In this document: positions 9,341 to 18,383 of the stretch, piece after piece
Layout: every line of letters begins with the position of its first letter
How positions within the stretch are numbered: position 1 is the stretch's first letter
Assembly (NCBI GenBank): GCA_041946805.1
Contig: JBHGBC010000085.1
Coordinates: forward strand, 1-25,533
Length of the DNA stretch: 25,533 nt
Origin: a bacterium
Lineage (GTDB): Bacteria; Hinthialibacterota; Hinthialibacteria; Hinthialibacterales; Hinthialibacteraceae
Direction: 5' to 3'
Translations under genes and position numbers: made by a program
Notes under the pieces: generated by a model
Databases searched by the model: none
Told to the model about the DNA's origin: nothing
What the model saw: only the letters and a program-made list of their open reading frames with translations

Positions 9341-9462
9341 CACCTGCGCGAACCAATCCACTCACGCCCGGCCGTCCGCGGTGTTACAATACCGCCAATC
9401 CGTTAAAAGCATCCCTGAATCTTTCACCCGCGGCGCACACTGAAGAAAAGGCCGGCCGCCTG

Positions 9463-9978
9463 ATGCTGAGCAGCTTCTATTGGATCATCGAAAGCGAAAT
9501 CGCGGGCATGGCCATGCCCACCGCGTCCATGGCCTATCTTTATCTGGAAGACGCCGACAGCGCCGCGGCCGAGGAAATGCGCCGGGAAATCAAAGAACTC
9601 CAGGAGCATGGCATCGGGGCCGTGGTGACCCTGACTGAAAATTCCTTGTATTGGGAAGCGTTCAAAAACGCGGATATGAACTACCTTCACATCCCCGTGC
9701 CGGATATGACCGCGCCCACTCCCACGCAAATCCGGACATTCATCCAGTTCGCCCAGGAGAACATCGCCCAGGGCCGGCCGGTAGTGGTGCACTGCCTGGG
9801 GGGCATGGGCCGCACGGGCACCATGCTGGCCTGCTACCTGGTGACCAAGGGCATCCCGCCCCGGGCGGCCATCCGGCGCGTCCGCCAGCAAAAACCCGGC
9901 GCGATCGAGAACCACTGGCAGGAAGAGGCGATCTTCGAATACGCCGCCGCGTTGTCCGAATCCCACCACGATGAATAG
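9463..9978 (+). CDS. dual-specificity / tyrosine protein phosphatase family protein
   Basis: CX5R active site VHCLGGMGRTG; general-acid loop IPVPDMTAP; PGAIE...Q C-terminal motif. ATG 9463 preferred because the longer ORF start runs through repeats. TG-n-TACAAT at 9382-9390 is a possible extended -10. Confidence 0.9.
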   Translation: MLSSFYWIIESEIAGMAMPTASMAYLYLEDADSAAAEEMRREIKELQEHGIGAVVTLTENSLYWEAFKNADMNYLHIPVPDMTAPTPTQIRTFIQFAQENIAQGRPVVVHCLGGMGRTGTMLACYLVTKGIPPRAAIRRVRQQKPGAIENHWQEEAIFEYAAALSESHHDE

Positions 9979-10153
9979 ATGGCCTCGGAATGCCATGTAT
10001 CCCCGTACCTCTATCCCCCCAACGTCAGGGGGAGGGTAGGAGGGGGTTGTACTGGGTGGGAGCGGTTCGCTGAAAGGCGGGTTCAAAGCGTAGCGTTGCC
10101 CACCGCCACGCGGACTATCAACTGTTTAATCTCCGGCGGGGATCCATTTGAAT

Positions 10154-10189
10154 AGCCGTAGGTTTTAGCCGCAGGTTTTAACCTATGGC
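10154..10189. repeat. REP-like hairpin with duplicated 13-bp left arm
   Basis: AGCCGTAGGTTTT AGCCGCAGGTTTT AACCTATGGC. Confidence 0.6.
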
Positions 10190-10223
10190 CGTGGTCATTC
10201 AACCTGCATTCTCGCGTCCGCCG

Positions 10224-10265
10224 CTATCCTGGTCCTTTTGTCCATCCTGACTATCCTGATTCAGA
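10224..10265 (-). repeat. CAGGAT 9-bp-period dispersed repeat
   Basis: Reverse complement TGAATCAGGATAGTCAGGATGGACAAAAGGACCAGGATAG aligns with 18086-18125 on the plus strand. Confidence 0.7.
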
Positions 10266-10276
10266 TTCGGCATACT

Positions 10277-10307
10277 CCTCTCCCTCTGGGAGACAGCCAG
10301 GGGGAGG
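10277..10307 (-). repeat. boxC-like CCCTCTCCC/GGGAGAGGG repeat (degenerate)
   Basis: CCTCTCCCTCTGGGAGACAGCCAGGGGGAGG. Confidence 0.55.
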
Positions 10308-10419
10308 AAAGGATCTCCCTCCCGCCTCCTCCATATCCAACCCAGGTTTGCATTCTCCCGCGAAACATGATAAAAACGAATCCTTCAATCATTCCAGAGA
10401 TCAATTTGGGGAAAAATCC

Positions 10420-11349
10420 ATGCGCACCAAGATCATATATCGCACCTTTCTTCCATGTCTTGCCCTCCTGATTATGCCATTCTCCGGCCTGGGATCCGCG
10501 GGCGGACCCGAACCCGTGCCGGTGCGCGCCGAAGTCAAGCAGGACCGCGTATCCATCTGGGTGAGCGACGCCTTATTCACGGAATATAAGTTCGCGGCGG
10601 ACTTGAAATACCCCTACTTTTTCCCGGTCAACGGCCCGCGTTCCGGAGCGAGCGTCACCACGGAATCCTCGGAGCCGTATCCGCATCATCATTCGCTTTT
10701 TTTCGGCTGCGACCGGGTGAACGGCGGCAACTACTGGCAGGAAGCCAACGACCGCGGTCAGATCGTATCCCAGGATATCCAACTGCTCGACGCGGGTCCC
10801 GTACGCGCGCGGTTGCAAAACGTCTGCGTCTGGCAACGGCCCGGCGCGCCCAGCCCGTTCCGGGATGAGCGGATCATCACGATCACCGCGCCGTCTCCCG
10901 AACTCCGCTTCATCGATTTCGAGATCACCCTCACCGCCTTGATCGACGTGCAGATCGAAAAAAACAATCATTCCCTCTTCGCCGCCCGCCTGGTTCCCGA
11001 ACTGTGCGTTCTCCAAGGGGGAATCCTGCGGAACGCGGAAGGCCGGACCGGAGAAAAGGAAACCTTCGGCGTCCCCTCCGCCTGGTGCGATTATTGGGGA
11101 AAGCGGGACGGGCAAGCCGAAGGCCTGGCGATTTTTCCCCATCCCGGCAATCCCTGGTATCCGCCACGGTGGTTTACCCGCGATTACGGATTCTTTTCTC
11201 CCACGCCCATGTACTGGCTGGAAAATGATTTGTTCCAGATAAAAAAAGACGACACCCTGCGGCTGCGCTACCGGGTTGTGGTCCATGCCGGAGACACCGA
11301 GGCCGCCGGCATCGCGGGATTGTACGATTTTTGGATCCAGCGGCCGTGA
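10420..11349 (+). CDS. secreted DUF6807/PmoA-family protein (not a true methane monooxygenase subunit)
   Basis: Signal peptide MRTKIIYRTFLPCLALLIMPFSG; KYPYFFPVNGP, YPHHHSLFFG, WCDYWG, HPGNPWYP..WFTRDYG and LRYRVVVHAG motifs. ATG 10420 after GGGGA. Confidence 0.8.
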   Translation: MRTKIIYRTFLPCLALLIMPFSGLGSAGGPEPVPVRAEVKQDRVSIWVSDALFTEYKFAADLKYPYFFPVNGPRSGASVTTESSEPYPHHHSLFFGCDRVNGGNYWQEANDRGQIVSQDIQLLDAGPVRARLQNVCVWQRPGAPSPFRDERIITITAPSPELRFIDFEITLTALIDVQIEKNNHSLFAARLVPELCVLQGGILRNAEGRTGEKETFGVPSAWCDYWGKRDGQAEGLAIFPHPGNPWYPPRWFTRDYGFFSPTPMYWLENDLFQIKKDDTLRLRYRVVVHAGDTEAAGIAGLYDFWIQRP

Positions 11350-11396
11350 GGAGATGAAATCCGGGAGAAGCCATGAAGATGATCAAAGGAATGATT

Positions 11397-11521
11397 CCCT
11401 ATCCCTTTGGGAGAGGGCCAGGGTGAGGGAAAGTAAAGAAATCCCTGCTTGCGCGGCGATGACAGCCGTGTAAAAAAATCAAAACAATAGGGCGGATTTC
11501 GCCACGCTCAATCCGCCTTAC
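11397..11521. repeat. cluster of three REP-like elements
   Basis: boxC-like (11397-11429, reverse orientation), dRS3-like ATCCCTGCTTGCGCGGCGATGACA (11441-11464), and TAGGGCGGATT...AATCCGCCTTAC hairpin (11488-11521). Confidence 0.7.
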
Positions 11522-11533
11522 CATTCGAATGGG

Positions 11534-13105
11534 ATGGGAACTCTGGGCATGCTGGCCAAACTGTTTCGGATCAAATCGGTCGACCGGATTCTCTCGGATT
11601 CCGCCCGCACGGAGGGCCAACTCAAACGGGCGCTGACCTGGGTGGATCTGGTCCTTTTCGGGATCGGCGCGATCATCGGCGCGGGCATCTTCGCCACCAT
11701 CGGGACCGCGGTCGCGGGTGACGGTTACCGCCCCGGCGCGGGTCCGGCGTTGATTCTCTCCTTCGGCCTCACCGCCATCGCCTGCGGATTTTCGGCCTTG
11801 TGTTACGCGGAGTTCGCCGCGTTAGTGCCCATCTCCGGCAGCGCCTACACCTATTCGTACGCCACCCTGGGCGAATGGATCGCGTGGATCATCGGCTGGG
11901 ACCTGATCATCGAATACGCGATCGGCAACGTGGCCGTGGCGATCAGTTGGAGCGGCTATTTCTGTGATCTTTTGGCGGGCTTCGGCATTCACTTTCCCCT
12001 CTGGATGGTCACCGACTACCGCACCGCGCTGCATCGCGGGGATGTCCTGCCGAACGCGCCGCATCTGTTAGGGGTGCCGATCGTCTTCAATCTTCCGGCG
12101 GTGGCGATCGTCGTGCTGTTGACCCTCCTGATCGTCATCGGCGTCAAGGAAAGTTCGCGCTTCAACGGCCTGATGGTCGCCTTGAAGCTGGCGGTGTTGT
12201 TTTTTTTCTGTTGCGTCGGATTCTTCTACATCCGGCCGGAGAATTACGTTCCCTTCGCACCCAATGGCTGGGCGGGGATCCAATCCGGCGCGGCGATCGT
12301 CTTCTTCGCCTTCATCGGTTTCGACGCCGTCTCGACGCTGGCGGAGGAAACCCGCACGCCGTCTTACGATCTACCCATGGGCATCATCGGCTCGCTGGTG
12401 ATCTGTTCGGTCATCTACATCTTGGTCTGCGCGGTCTTTTCCGGCATTGTGCCTTACGAAACCTTGAAATCCATGCTGGCGTCCGAAAAAGCCGAACCGC
12501 TGACCATGGCGTTCAAGTATGTTTCGGCCACGGATTCCGGAGGAAGGTTTTCGACAGGTTTTTTGAATATCGCCACGGCTGTCGTCGCGTTCGGCGCGGT
12601 GGTGGCCAACACGGCCGTGCTGCTGGTGTTTCAAGTCGGCCAGCCGCGGATCTTGTTTTCCATGTCCCGCGACGGCTTGTTGCCTCCCATCTTCATGTCG
12701 GTGCACAAACGCTTCCGGACGCCAGATTTCTCCATCATCGTCACCGGCGTCTTCGTGGCGTTTTTCGCCGCCTTCATGAGCATCGACGAGATGGTGGATT
12801 TGTGCAACATCGGCACCTTGTTCGCCTTCATCCTCGTCTGCGCCGGGGTGATGATCCTGCGGGTCCGCGAACCGGAGCGGAAACGGCCCTTCCGCGCGCC
12901 TTTCGGCTTTGTGGTGCCCATCCTCGGCATTCTATCCTGCATCACGTTAATGATGGGTCTGCCGTGGCTCACGTGGAAACGCTTCCTGATCTGGCTCGTC
13001 ACCGGGTTGTTTATTTATTTTCTTTATGGCATCCGCCACAGCCGGCTGGAGACCGAGGAGAATGAATCGTTCACGGCCGTTCCCCCCGGGCCAGGCGGGC
13101 GTTGA
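11534..13105 (+). CDS. APC-family amino acid permease (cationic amino acid transporter-like)
   Basis: GIGAIIGAGIF, LCYAEFAALVPISGSAYTY, FFAFIGFDAVSTLAEE, MSRDGLLP, RPFRAP; many hydrophobic helices. Start 11534 or 11549. Confidence 0.93.
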   Translation: MGTLGMLAKLFRIKSVDRILSDSARTEGQLKRALTWVDLVLFGIGAIIGAGIFATIGTAVAGDGYRPGAGPALILSFGLTAIACGFSALCYAEFAALVPISGSAYTYSYATLGEWIAWIIGWDLIIEYAIGNVAVAISWSGYFCDLLAGFGIHFPLWMVTDYRTALHRGDVLPNAPHLLGVPIVFNLPAVAIVVLLTLLIVIGVKESSRFNGLMVALKLAVLFFFCCVGFFYIRPENYVPFAPNGWAGIQSGAAIVFFAFIGFDAVSTLAEETRTPSYDLPMGIIGSLVICSVIYILVCAVFSGIVPYETLKSMLASEKAEPLTMAFKYVSATDSGGRFSTGFLNIATAVVAFGAVVANTAVLLVFQVGQPRILFSMSRDGLLPPIFMSVHKRFRTPDFSIIVTGVFVAFFAAFMSIDEMVDLCNIGTLFAFILVCAGVMILRVREPERKRPFRAPFGFVVPILGILSCITLMMGLPWLTWKRFLIWLVTGLFIYFLYGIRHSRLETEENESFTAVPPGPGGR

Positions 13106-13901
13106 TTTCATCCAGCAAAGGCGGGACATCCGCGATCCCATCCACGACATAGTGCGCCCCGGCTTGTAACATCCGCGTGTAGGCCTGTTGCCGTTTGCGC
13201 TCCCGGACGGCGGGATCCATCACGGCAATTTCCTGCTCCGTCATGCCGAATTCGTTGCCGGTCAGGGCCAGGCCCACGCTCCACATCCCCGCGTTCAGAC
13301 CTTCGGCGATATCGGGCAGCGTGTCGCCCACCTTGACGAAAGCCTCCATGGGATAGATCTGCAGGTTCATGGCGTTTTGCAGGCACATCCAGGGAGCGGG
13401 ACGCCCCGCGGGAACCTGCGTGGCGCAGACGGAGGAATCCGGCTCGTAACCCCGGTCCTTCGCTTCCTTATACAAAATGTCCATCATTTCGCTGGTATAG
13501 CCCGTGGTGGAGCCGATCTTGAGGCCGCGCCGCCGGAAATCGCGGATCGCCTCGAGAGTGCCGGGGATCAGGTCCGCGTAATCCTTGAGGCAGGCGAGCT
13601 GCAGCGGCACGAAATCCTGGAACATACGTTCCACGTCTTCTTCCGTGCACGGACGTTTATGCATTTCGCGCCAGGTTTGGGCCACTTCGTCGATTTGCGA
13701 GATTTCCCGGATGTGGACTTTTTTATGCGCGCCCATCGGCTTGCGGGCCTGTTCAATGGTGATGGGAACCTGCCGCCGTTTGTACACCTCGATGAACACC
13801 ACCGCCGGCGCGAAGCAGCCGTAGTCCATGGTGGTTCCGGCCCAATCCAGAATGACCGCCTTCAAAGGCCCGCGGTAGGTGCGCTGGAATACGAAATCCA
13901 T
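13071..13901 (-). CDS. phnX: phosphonoacetaldehyde hydrolase (phosphonatase)
   Basis: Motif I DWAGTTMDYGCFAP, cap-domain PMGAHK (Schiff-base Lys region), GRPAPWM, KVGDT...EGLNAGMW, GNE, AGAHYV. GGAGG RBS. Confidence 0.96.
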   Translation of the reverse strand: MDFVFQRTYRGPLKAVILDWAGTTMDYGCFAPAVVFIEVYKRRQVPITIEQARKPMGAHKKVHIREISQIDEVAQTWREMHKRPCTEEDVERMFQDFVPLQLACLKDYADLIPGTLEAIRDFRRRGLKIGSTTGYTSEMMDILYKEAKDRGYEPDSSVCATQVPAGRPAPWMCLQNAMNLQIYPMEAFVKVGDTLPDIAEGLNAGMWSVGLALTGNEFGMTEQEIAVMDPAVRERKRQQAYTRMLQAGAHYVVDGIADVPPLLDEINARLARGERP

Positions 13902-13976
13902 CGATTCTCCTCCTTCCTTGGGAGTGTTTATTTGCCAACGTCCTTGGTCGATTCTTGTGTTACTTTTTCTCCGGTA

Positions 13977-14003
13977 CCCGCAGGGAGAGGGCCGGGGTGA
14001 GGG
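13977..14003 (-). repeat. boxC-like repeat between phnW and phnX
   Basis: CCCGCAGGGAGAGGGCCGGGGTGAGGG on the plus strand. Confidence 0.7.
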
Positions 14004-14076
14004 AATGCCACAGGGGTGGATCTTTGAGTCCGCCTTGAGCTCTTGGCCTACCCACTTTCAATCCCCTTATCCCCGC

Positions 14077-15207
14077 TTACAGCACCACGCCCATTTCATC
14101 GATTACCACCCGGATGGCCGCCAGCAGGGTCCGGATGTCGGCCTCGAAAATCCGCCCGATGTTCCCGATCCGGAAACAATTCGCGTTGCTGACCTTGCCG
14201 GGATAGATCACCTGATCCCGCTGGTTCAGCCGGCGGTAGAACTCCTCGAACGAGAATTTAGGGTGCTCCGGATACAGGTACGAAGTGATGATGTATCCCT
14301 GCCGCTCGCGGGGCAGATATTCCTGGAAGCCCATTTCGCTCATCCCCGCGGTCAACGTTTGATAATTCTTCTGATACCGCGCCGCCCGGCCTTCCACGCC
14401 ACCCTCGGCCTCCAGCTCCAGCAACGCCTGTTGGAACGCGAGGATGGCGTGCGTGGGCGGGGTGAAGCGGAACTGCCCGTTGCTCTCCAGCCCCTTCCAT
14501 TGGCCGAACAGGTCCAGGCTCAGGCTGCGGGCGTACCCTTCGGTCTTCAAGAACGGCTCTTTCCGCGCGAGGATGAACGAAAAGCCCGGCACGCCTTCGA
14601 TGCACTTGTTGGCGGAAGAGACCAGGTAGTCGATATGGCAGCGGGCCAGGTGGATGGGCACCGCCCCGAAGCTGCTCATGGCGTCCACAAAAAAGACGCG
14701 GCCCGCGCGCTGGACGATCCCGCCGATCGCTTGGATGGGATTCATGATGCCCGTGGTGGTTTCGCAGTGCACCACGGCAACATGGGTGATGGCGGGATCG
14801 CGTTTCAATGTCTCCTCGATCTGCTCCAAATCGGGGCAGGAGTCTTCGGGGTATTCCAACTTCATCACGCCGATTTTCAAAATCGAGGCGATTTTCGCGA
14901 TCCGGTGGCCGTACGCGCCGTTGATGATCACCAGGAGTTTGCCGTCCGGCGGGACCGTGGACGAGACGACCGCCTCGATGCCGAACGTGCCGCTGCCCTG
15001 CATGAGCACCGCTTCGTACCCCGCGTCTCCCACATTACCCAGGATCAGCAATTTCTGGCGGATGAACCGCACGGTCTCGATGAACTCCGTGTCCCGCGAA
15101 CCCAGATCGCGCAACAGGGCTTGCTTGACGGTCCGGCTCGTGGTCAACGGGCCGGGAGTGAATAGAATTTTGTCTTTCCAACCGGGCCAAGCTTTGGGTG
15201 AATTCAT
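14077..15207 (-). CDS. phnW: 2-aminoethylphosphonate:pyruvate transaminase
   Basis: [39 protein letters not shown]-Lys motif [36 protein letters not shown] 15207 with GAGG upstream (the ORF track uses TTG 15228). Adjacent to phnX. Confidence 0.96.
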   Translation of the reverse strand: MNSPKAWPGWKDKILFTPGPLTTSRTVKQALLRDLGSRDTEFIETVRFIRQKLLILGNVGDAGYEAVLMQGSGTFGIEAVVSSTVPPDGKLLVIINGAYGHRIAKIASILKIGVMKLEYPEDSCPDLEQIEETLKRDPAITHVAVVHCETTTGIMNPIQAIGGIVQRAGRVFFVDAMSSFGAVPIHLARCHIDYLVSSANKCIEGVPGFSFILARKEPFLKTEGYARSLSLDLFGQWKGLESNGQFRFTPPTHAILAFQQALLELEAEGGVEGRAARYQKNYQTLTAGMSEMGFQEYLPRERQGYIITSYLYPEHPKFSFEEFYRRLNQRDQVIYPGKVSNANCFRIGNIGRIFEADIRTLLAAIRVVIDEMGVVL

Positions 15208-15340
15208 ACCAATGGCCTCGCTGTTCAAAATACAACCTGTTGAATCGCTGAATCATAATGACAAAAGATCCCGCGTGGTAGGATGAGGCGGCGCAATGAT
15301 CTGCCTTCCCAGGGCGAAAGCCTGGGGCTATTTTAAATGA

Positions 15341-15551
15341 AGTTCATCCGGTAAGTGCATACCTAACAAGATATAATCGATTCCATTTTCGCCGGGATGA
15401 TGGCTGACGCCAAGGTTTGCCCCTGCTAAAAAACCCTCACCCTAGCCCTCTCCCAGGGGGAGAGGGAATTATGAGGGGTGGTTTTCATCGATCATTTCGA
15501 AGAGATGCGAAACGGCGATCTGAAAAAAAGCGCGCACCGGCCATATGAACC
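15341..15551 (+). mobile_element. 211-bp MITE-like element, copy B (complete, decayed)
   Basis: Left end AGTTCATCCGGTAAGTGCATACCT, right end GCGCGCACCGGCCATATGAACC. Same length and internal order as copy A. Flanks TTAAATGA (15333-15340) and TTGAATGG (15552-15559). Confidence 0.7.
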
Positions 15552-15649
15552 TTGAATGGGCTGCCGGCGAGTAACAATCCGTCGTGCATGGTGGGCAAGC
15601 ATCCCGTTTTGAAAAAATCCAATCCGATCCTGGGTGTAAACACAAACAC

Positions 15650-17038
15650 ATGGATCCACATCAAAGAATTCCCGAAAAATCCAGTCAGGAAATCGTTCCG
15701 TCGGAAGGTGATGTCAACCATTCCCCGTTCCGCGAGGAATGGCTCCAGAATCATATCGGCGCGGAAACGCGGCATTGGCTCGAGGAAGACGCGAAATATT
15801 TTCTTCATCAATCCCTCTCCACGCCCTGTCTGAACGTCCTTCAACATTGCGAGGGAATTTACCTGGAAGACCTGGAGGGCCGCCGGTACATGGATTTCCA
15901 CGGCAACAATGTCCACCAGGCGGGTTTTGCCCATCCACGCGTAATCCAGGCCATCAAGGACCAGCTGGACGAGTTGACCTTCTGCACCCGCCGTTATACC
16001 AATATATCCGCCATTCAGCTGGCCAAGAAATTGACGGAACTCGCCCCGGGGGACCTCAACAAAGTCTTGTTCGCTCCCGGGGGGACCTCCGCGATCGGCA
16101 TGGCGTTGAAACTGGCGCGCGCCGCGACCGGCCGGTTTAAAACCATTTCAATGTGGGATTCGTTCCACGGCGCCTCCCTGGACGCCATCTCGATCGGCGG
16201 CGAGGCCTTGTTCCGCCAGGGCATCGGCCCCCTGCTGCCCGGAACCGAGCACGTGCCGCCTCCGGACCCGGCGCATTGCCCGTGGGGTTGCGCGGGAACC
16301 TGCAACCTGAAGTGCGCGGAATACATCGAGTATGTGCTCGAAAAAGAGGGCGATACCGCCGCCGTGATCGCCGAAACGGTGCGCAGCACGCCGTATATCC
16401 CCCCGCCGGACTATTGGCGCGTGGTCCGGGAGGCATGCGACCGCCACGGCGCGCTGCTCATTTTGGACGAGATACCCCATTGCCTCGGCCGCACGGGCAA
16501 AATGTTTACATTTGAACATTATGGCATCATCCCGGACATGGTGGTGATCGGCAAGGGACTGGGCGGGGCGGTGTTTCCCCTGGCGGCCTTGATCGCGCGC
16601 GAATCGTTGGATTGCGTCCCCGAGCGGGCGCTGGGGCATTACACGCATGAGAAGAATCCCGTGGCTTGCGCGGCCGCCCTGGCGTTGATCGAGGTGTTGG
16701 AGAGCGAAAATCTGTTGGAAAACGCCCAACGGATGGGAGATTACGCCCTGGAACGGATGCATGCCATGAAGGAACGGCATCCGCTCATCGGCGATGTCCG
16801 GGGTCTGGGCCTCTTGATGGGCATCGAACTGGTGAAGGACCGCACCACCCGGGAACGGGCCACCCAGGAGGCCGAGCAGGTGATGTACGCCGCCTTGGCC
16901 AAGGGACTCAGTTTCAAGGTGACCATGGGGAACATCCTCACCCTCACTCCGCCGCTGACCATCACCCGGCCGCAGTTGGATACGGCGTTCGATATTCTCG
17001 AGGATTGCCTTTCGGAAATCGAACCAAAAAGAAAGTGA
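15650..17038 (+). CDS. pbfA: (R)-1-hydroxy-2-aminoethylphosphonate ammonia-lyase (class III PLP fold)
   Basis: N-terminal SEGDVN...DAKYFLHQSLSTPCL, MDFHGNNVHQ, WDSFHGASLDAISIGGE, PLP-Lys GKGLGG, LGHYTHEKNP, GLSFKV; divergent from phnW-phnX. Start ATG 15650 or 15584. Confidence 0.85.
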   Translation: MDPHQRIPEKSSQEIVPSEGDVNHSPFREEWLQNHIGAETRHWLEEDAKYFLHQSLSTPCLNVLQHCEGIYLEDLEGRRYMDFHGNNVHQAGFAHPRVIQAIKDQLDELTFCTRRYTNISAIQLAKKLTELAPGDLNKVLFAPGGTSAIGMALKLARAATGRFKTISMWDSFHGASLDAISIGGEALFRQGIGPLLPGTEHVPPPDPAHCPWGCAGTCNLKCAEYIEYVLEKEGDTAAVIAETVRSTPYIPPPDYWRVVREACDRHGALLILDEIPHCLGRTGKMFTFEHYGIIPDMVVIGKGLGGAVFPLAALIARESLDCVPERALGHYTHEKNPVACAAALALIEVLESENLLENAQRMGDYALERMHAMKERHPLIGDVRGLGLLMGIELVKDRTTRERATQEAEQVMYAALAKGLSFKVTMGNILTLTPPLTITRPQLDTAFDILEDCLSEIEPKRK

Positions 17039-17046
17039 CAGTAAAC

Positions 17047-17171
17047 GTAGGAAACGCCGGATGGGGTAGCGCGGAGCGTGTACCCCATCCAAGCGTAACC
17101 CATCAAAACAGCCTCAATGACAAATCAAATGTCTCGGCAAGAAGCAGGGGCACGTTGCAACGTGCCCCTAC
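17047..17171. repeat. two GTAG/CTAC-type REP-like hairpins
   Basis: GGATGGGGTA...TACCCCATCC (17059-17090) and AGGGGCACGTTGCAACGTGCCCCTAC (17146-17171). Confidence 0.75.
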
Positions 17172-17295
17172 GAAAAACAACTGGCAGGGAATCAGGATCA
17201 TGACCCATGGAAGGATAATGTGTTTCTCTTGTTTGATAGACATTGATGTATAATCCCCCATTCATACCCAGACACTCCAACGAGGAGCACCGCGG

Positions 17296-18057
17296 ATGAC
17301 ATGTAAAATCAAGGCGATTACTTTCGACCTGTGGGACACGCTGTTCGCCGATGACACGGACGAGCCCAAGCGCCAACAAGCCGGGCTTCCCCCCAAACTG
17401 ATCGAACGGCGCGAGTTGGTCCATCAATACCTGCAACGCCACGCGCCCGTTGCCCGGGACTTGGTGGACGCCGCCTATAACGCCGCCGACGCCGCCTTCA
17501 ACAAGGTGTGGCACGAGCACTATGCCACCTGGACCGTGCGGGAGCGGCTCTCCATCGTGCTCAAGGCCTTGAAGCGCGAATTGCCGGACGAGGAATTCGC
17601 CGAGTTGATCCGCCTGCACGAAGAGATGGAACTGCGCTTCCGCCCGGATCCCGCCCCCGGCGCGGGCGAGGCTCTTCGGACCCTCAAGCAACGCTACAAG
17701 CTGGGAGTCATCTCGGACGCCATCTTCACGCCGGGCCGCGCCCTGCGGCAGTTGCTCGACGGGGAGGGATGGCTCGGGCTGTTCGACTCGCTGGTCTTTT
17801 CCGATGAAGTGGGATGCTCCAAGCCCCGGCCGCTGGTGTTCGAAACAGCCGCGGCGCAGCTGGGAGCCGAACTCAGCGAAATCGTCCACATCGGCGACCG
17901 GGAATCGAACGATGTGGACGGCCCCCACGCCGTTGGCGCGCGGGCGGTTCTCTTCACGGGCATCAAGGACCGCGGCAGCGCGAACAGCCGGGCGGACGCG
18001 GTGTGCGATGACTTTGCCCGGCTGTCCGCGGTTCTGGAGCGGATGGATCAATCGTGA
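17296..18057 (+). CDS. HAD-superfamily hydrolase (subfamily IA-like)
   Basis: Motif I FDLWDTL, motif II VISD, motif III SKP, motif IV HIGDRESND. GAGGAG RBS at 17282-17287; TATAAT at 17249-17254. Confidence 0.9.
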   Translation: MTCKIKAITFDLWDTLFADDTDEPKRQQAGLPPKLIERRELVHQYLQRHAPVARDLVDAAYNAADAAFNKVWHEHYATWTVRERLSIVLKALKRELPDEEFAELIRLHEEMELRFRPDPAPGAGEALRTLKQRYKLGVISDAIFTPGRALRQLLDGEGWLGLFDSLVFSDEVGCSKPRPLVFETAAAQLGAELSEIVHIGDRESNDVDGPHAVGARAVLFTGIKDRGSANSRADAVCDDFARLSAVLERMDQS

Positions 18058-18085
18058 GTGGGGAGGAAGCCGGGACTCATTTGTC

Positions 18086-18228
18086 AGAATCAGGATGGCC
18101 AGGATGAACAAGATGATCAGGATGGGACGAACTATGTTTCGCTGATCCATCCCGCGGAGGCTTTGGTACATCCGTTATGTACGTGTTATCCACTAGACGG
18201 CAGGGATGGATACGAAAGTCCGCCCCTA
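18086..18228. repeat. CAGGAT 9-bp-period repeat plus CTAC-ended REP-like hairpin
   Basis: AGAATCAGGATGGCCAGGATGAACAAGATGATCAGGATGG (18086-18125); AGGGATGGA...TCCGCCCCTAC (about 18202-18229). Confidence 0.65.
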
Positions 18229-18383
18229 CACAATTCCCTCATCCTGGCCTTTTACCAGAGGGAGATTGGAATGGTGGAAGTCTTTACCCTGTACGTTGGA
18301 TACCGATGATAACCACGGAATTTACCCATTGATTCAACGATTCAATCTTCCTGGATATTTCAAGATCACGGAGATAAAAAACC

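Noticed and set aside
9253..9462. N-terminal extension of the phosphatase ORF (and of the pilin ORF, 3352-3444)
   Set aside because: Starts at TTG and runs through repeat or promoter-like DNA; the conserved domain begins at the downstream ATG.
10420..11349. Particulate methane monooxygenase subunit (PmoA label)
   Set aside because: It is a soluble secreted protein without multiple TM helices and there is no pmoB/pmoC; the family name is misleading.
5443..15207. Functional link between PFOR and phnW via pyruvate/acetaldehyde
   Set aside because: They are separated by three unrelated genes on the opposite strand; nothing in the sequence supports co-regulation.
15245..15268. Pho box upstream of phnW
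   Set aside because: Only one TTGTCAT half-site on the minus strand; no second repeat at 11-bp spacing.
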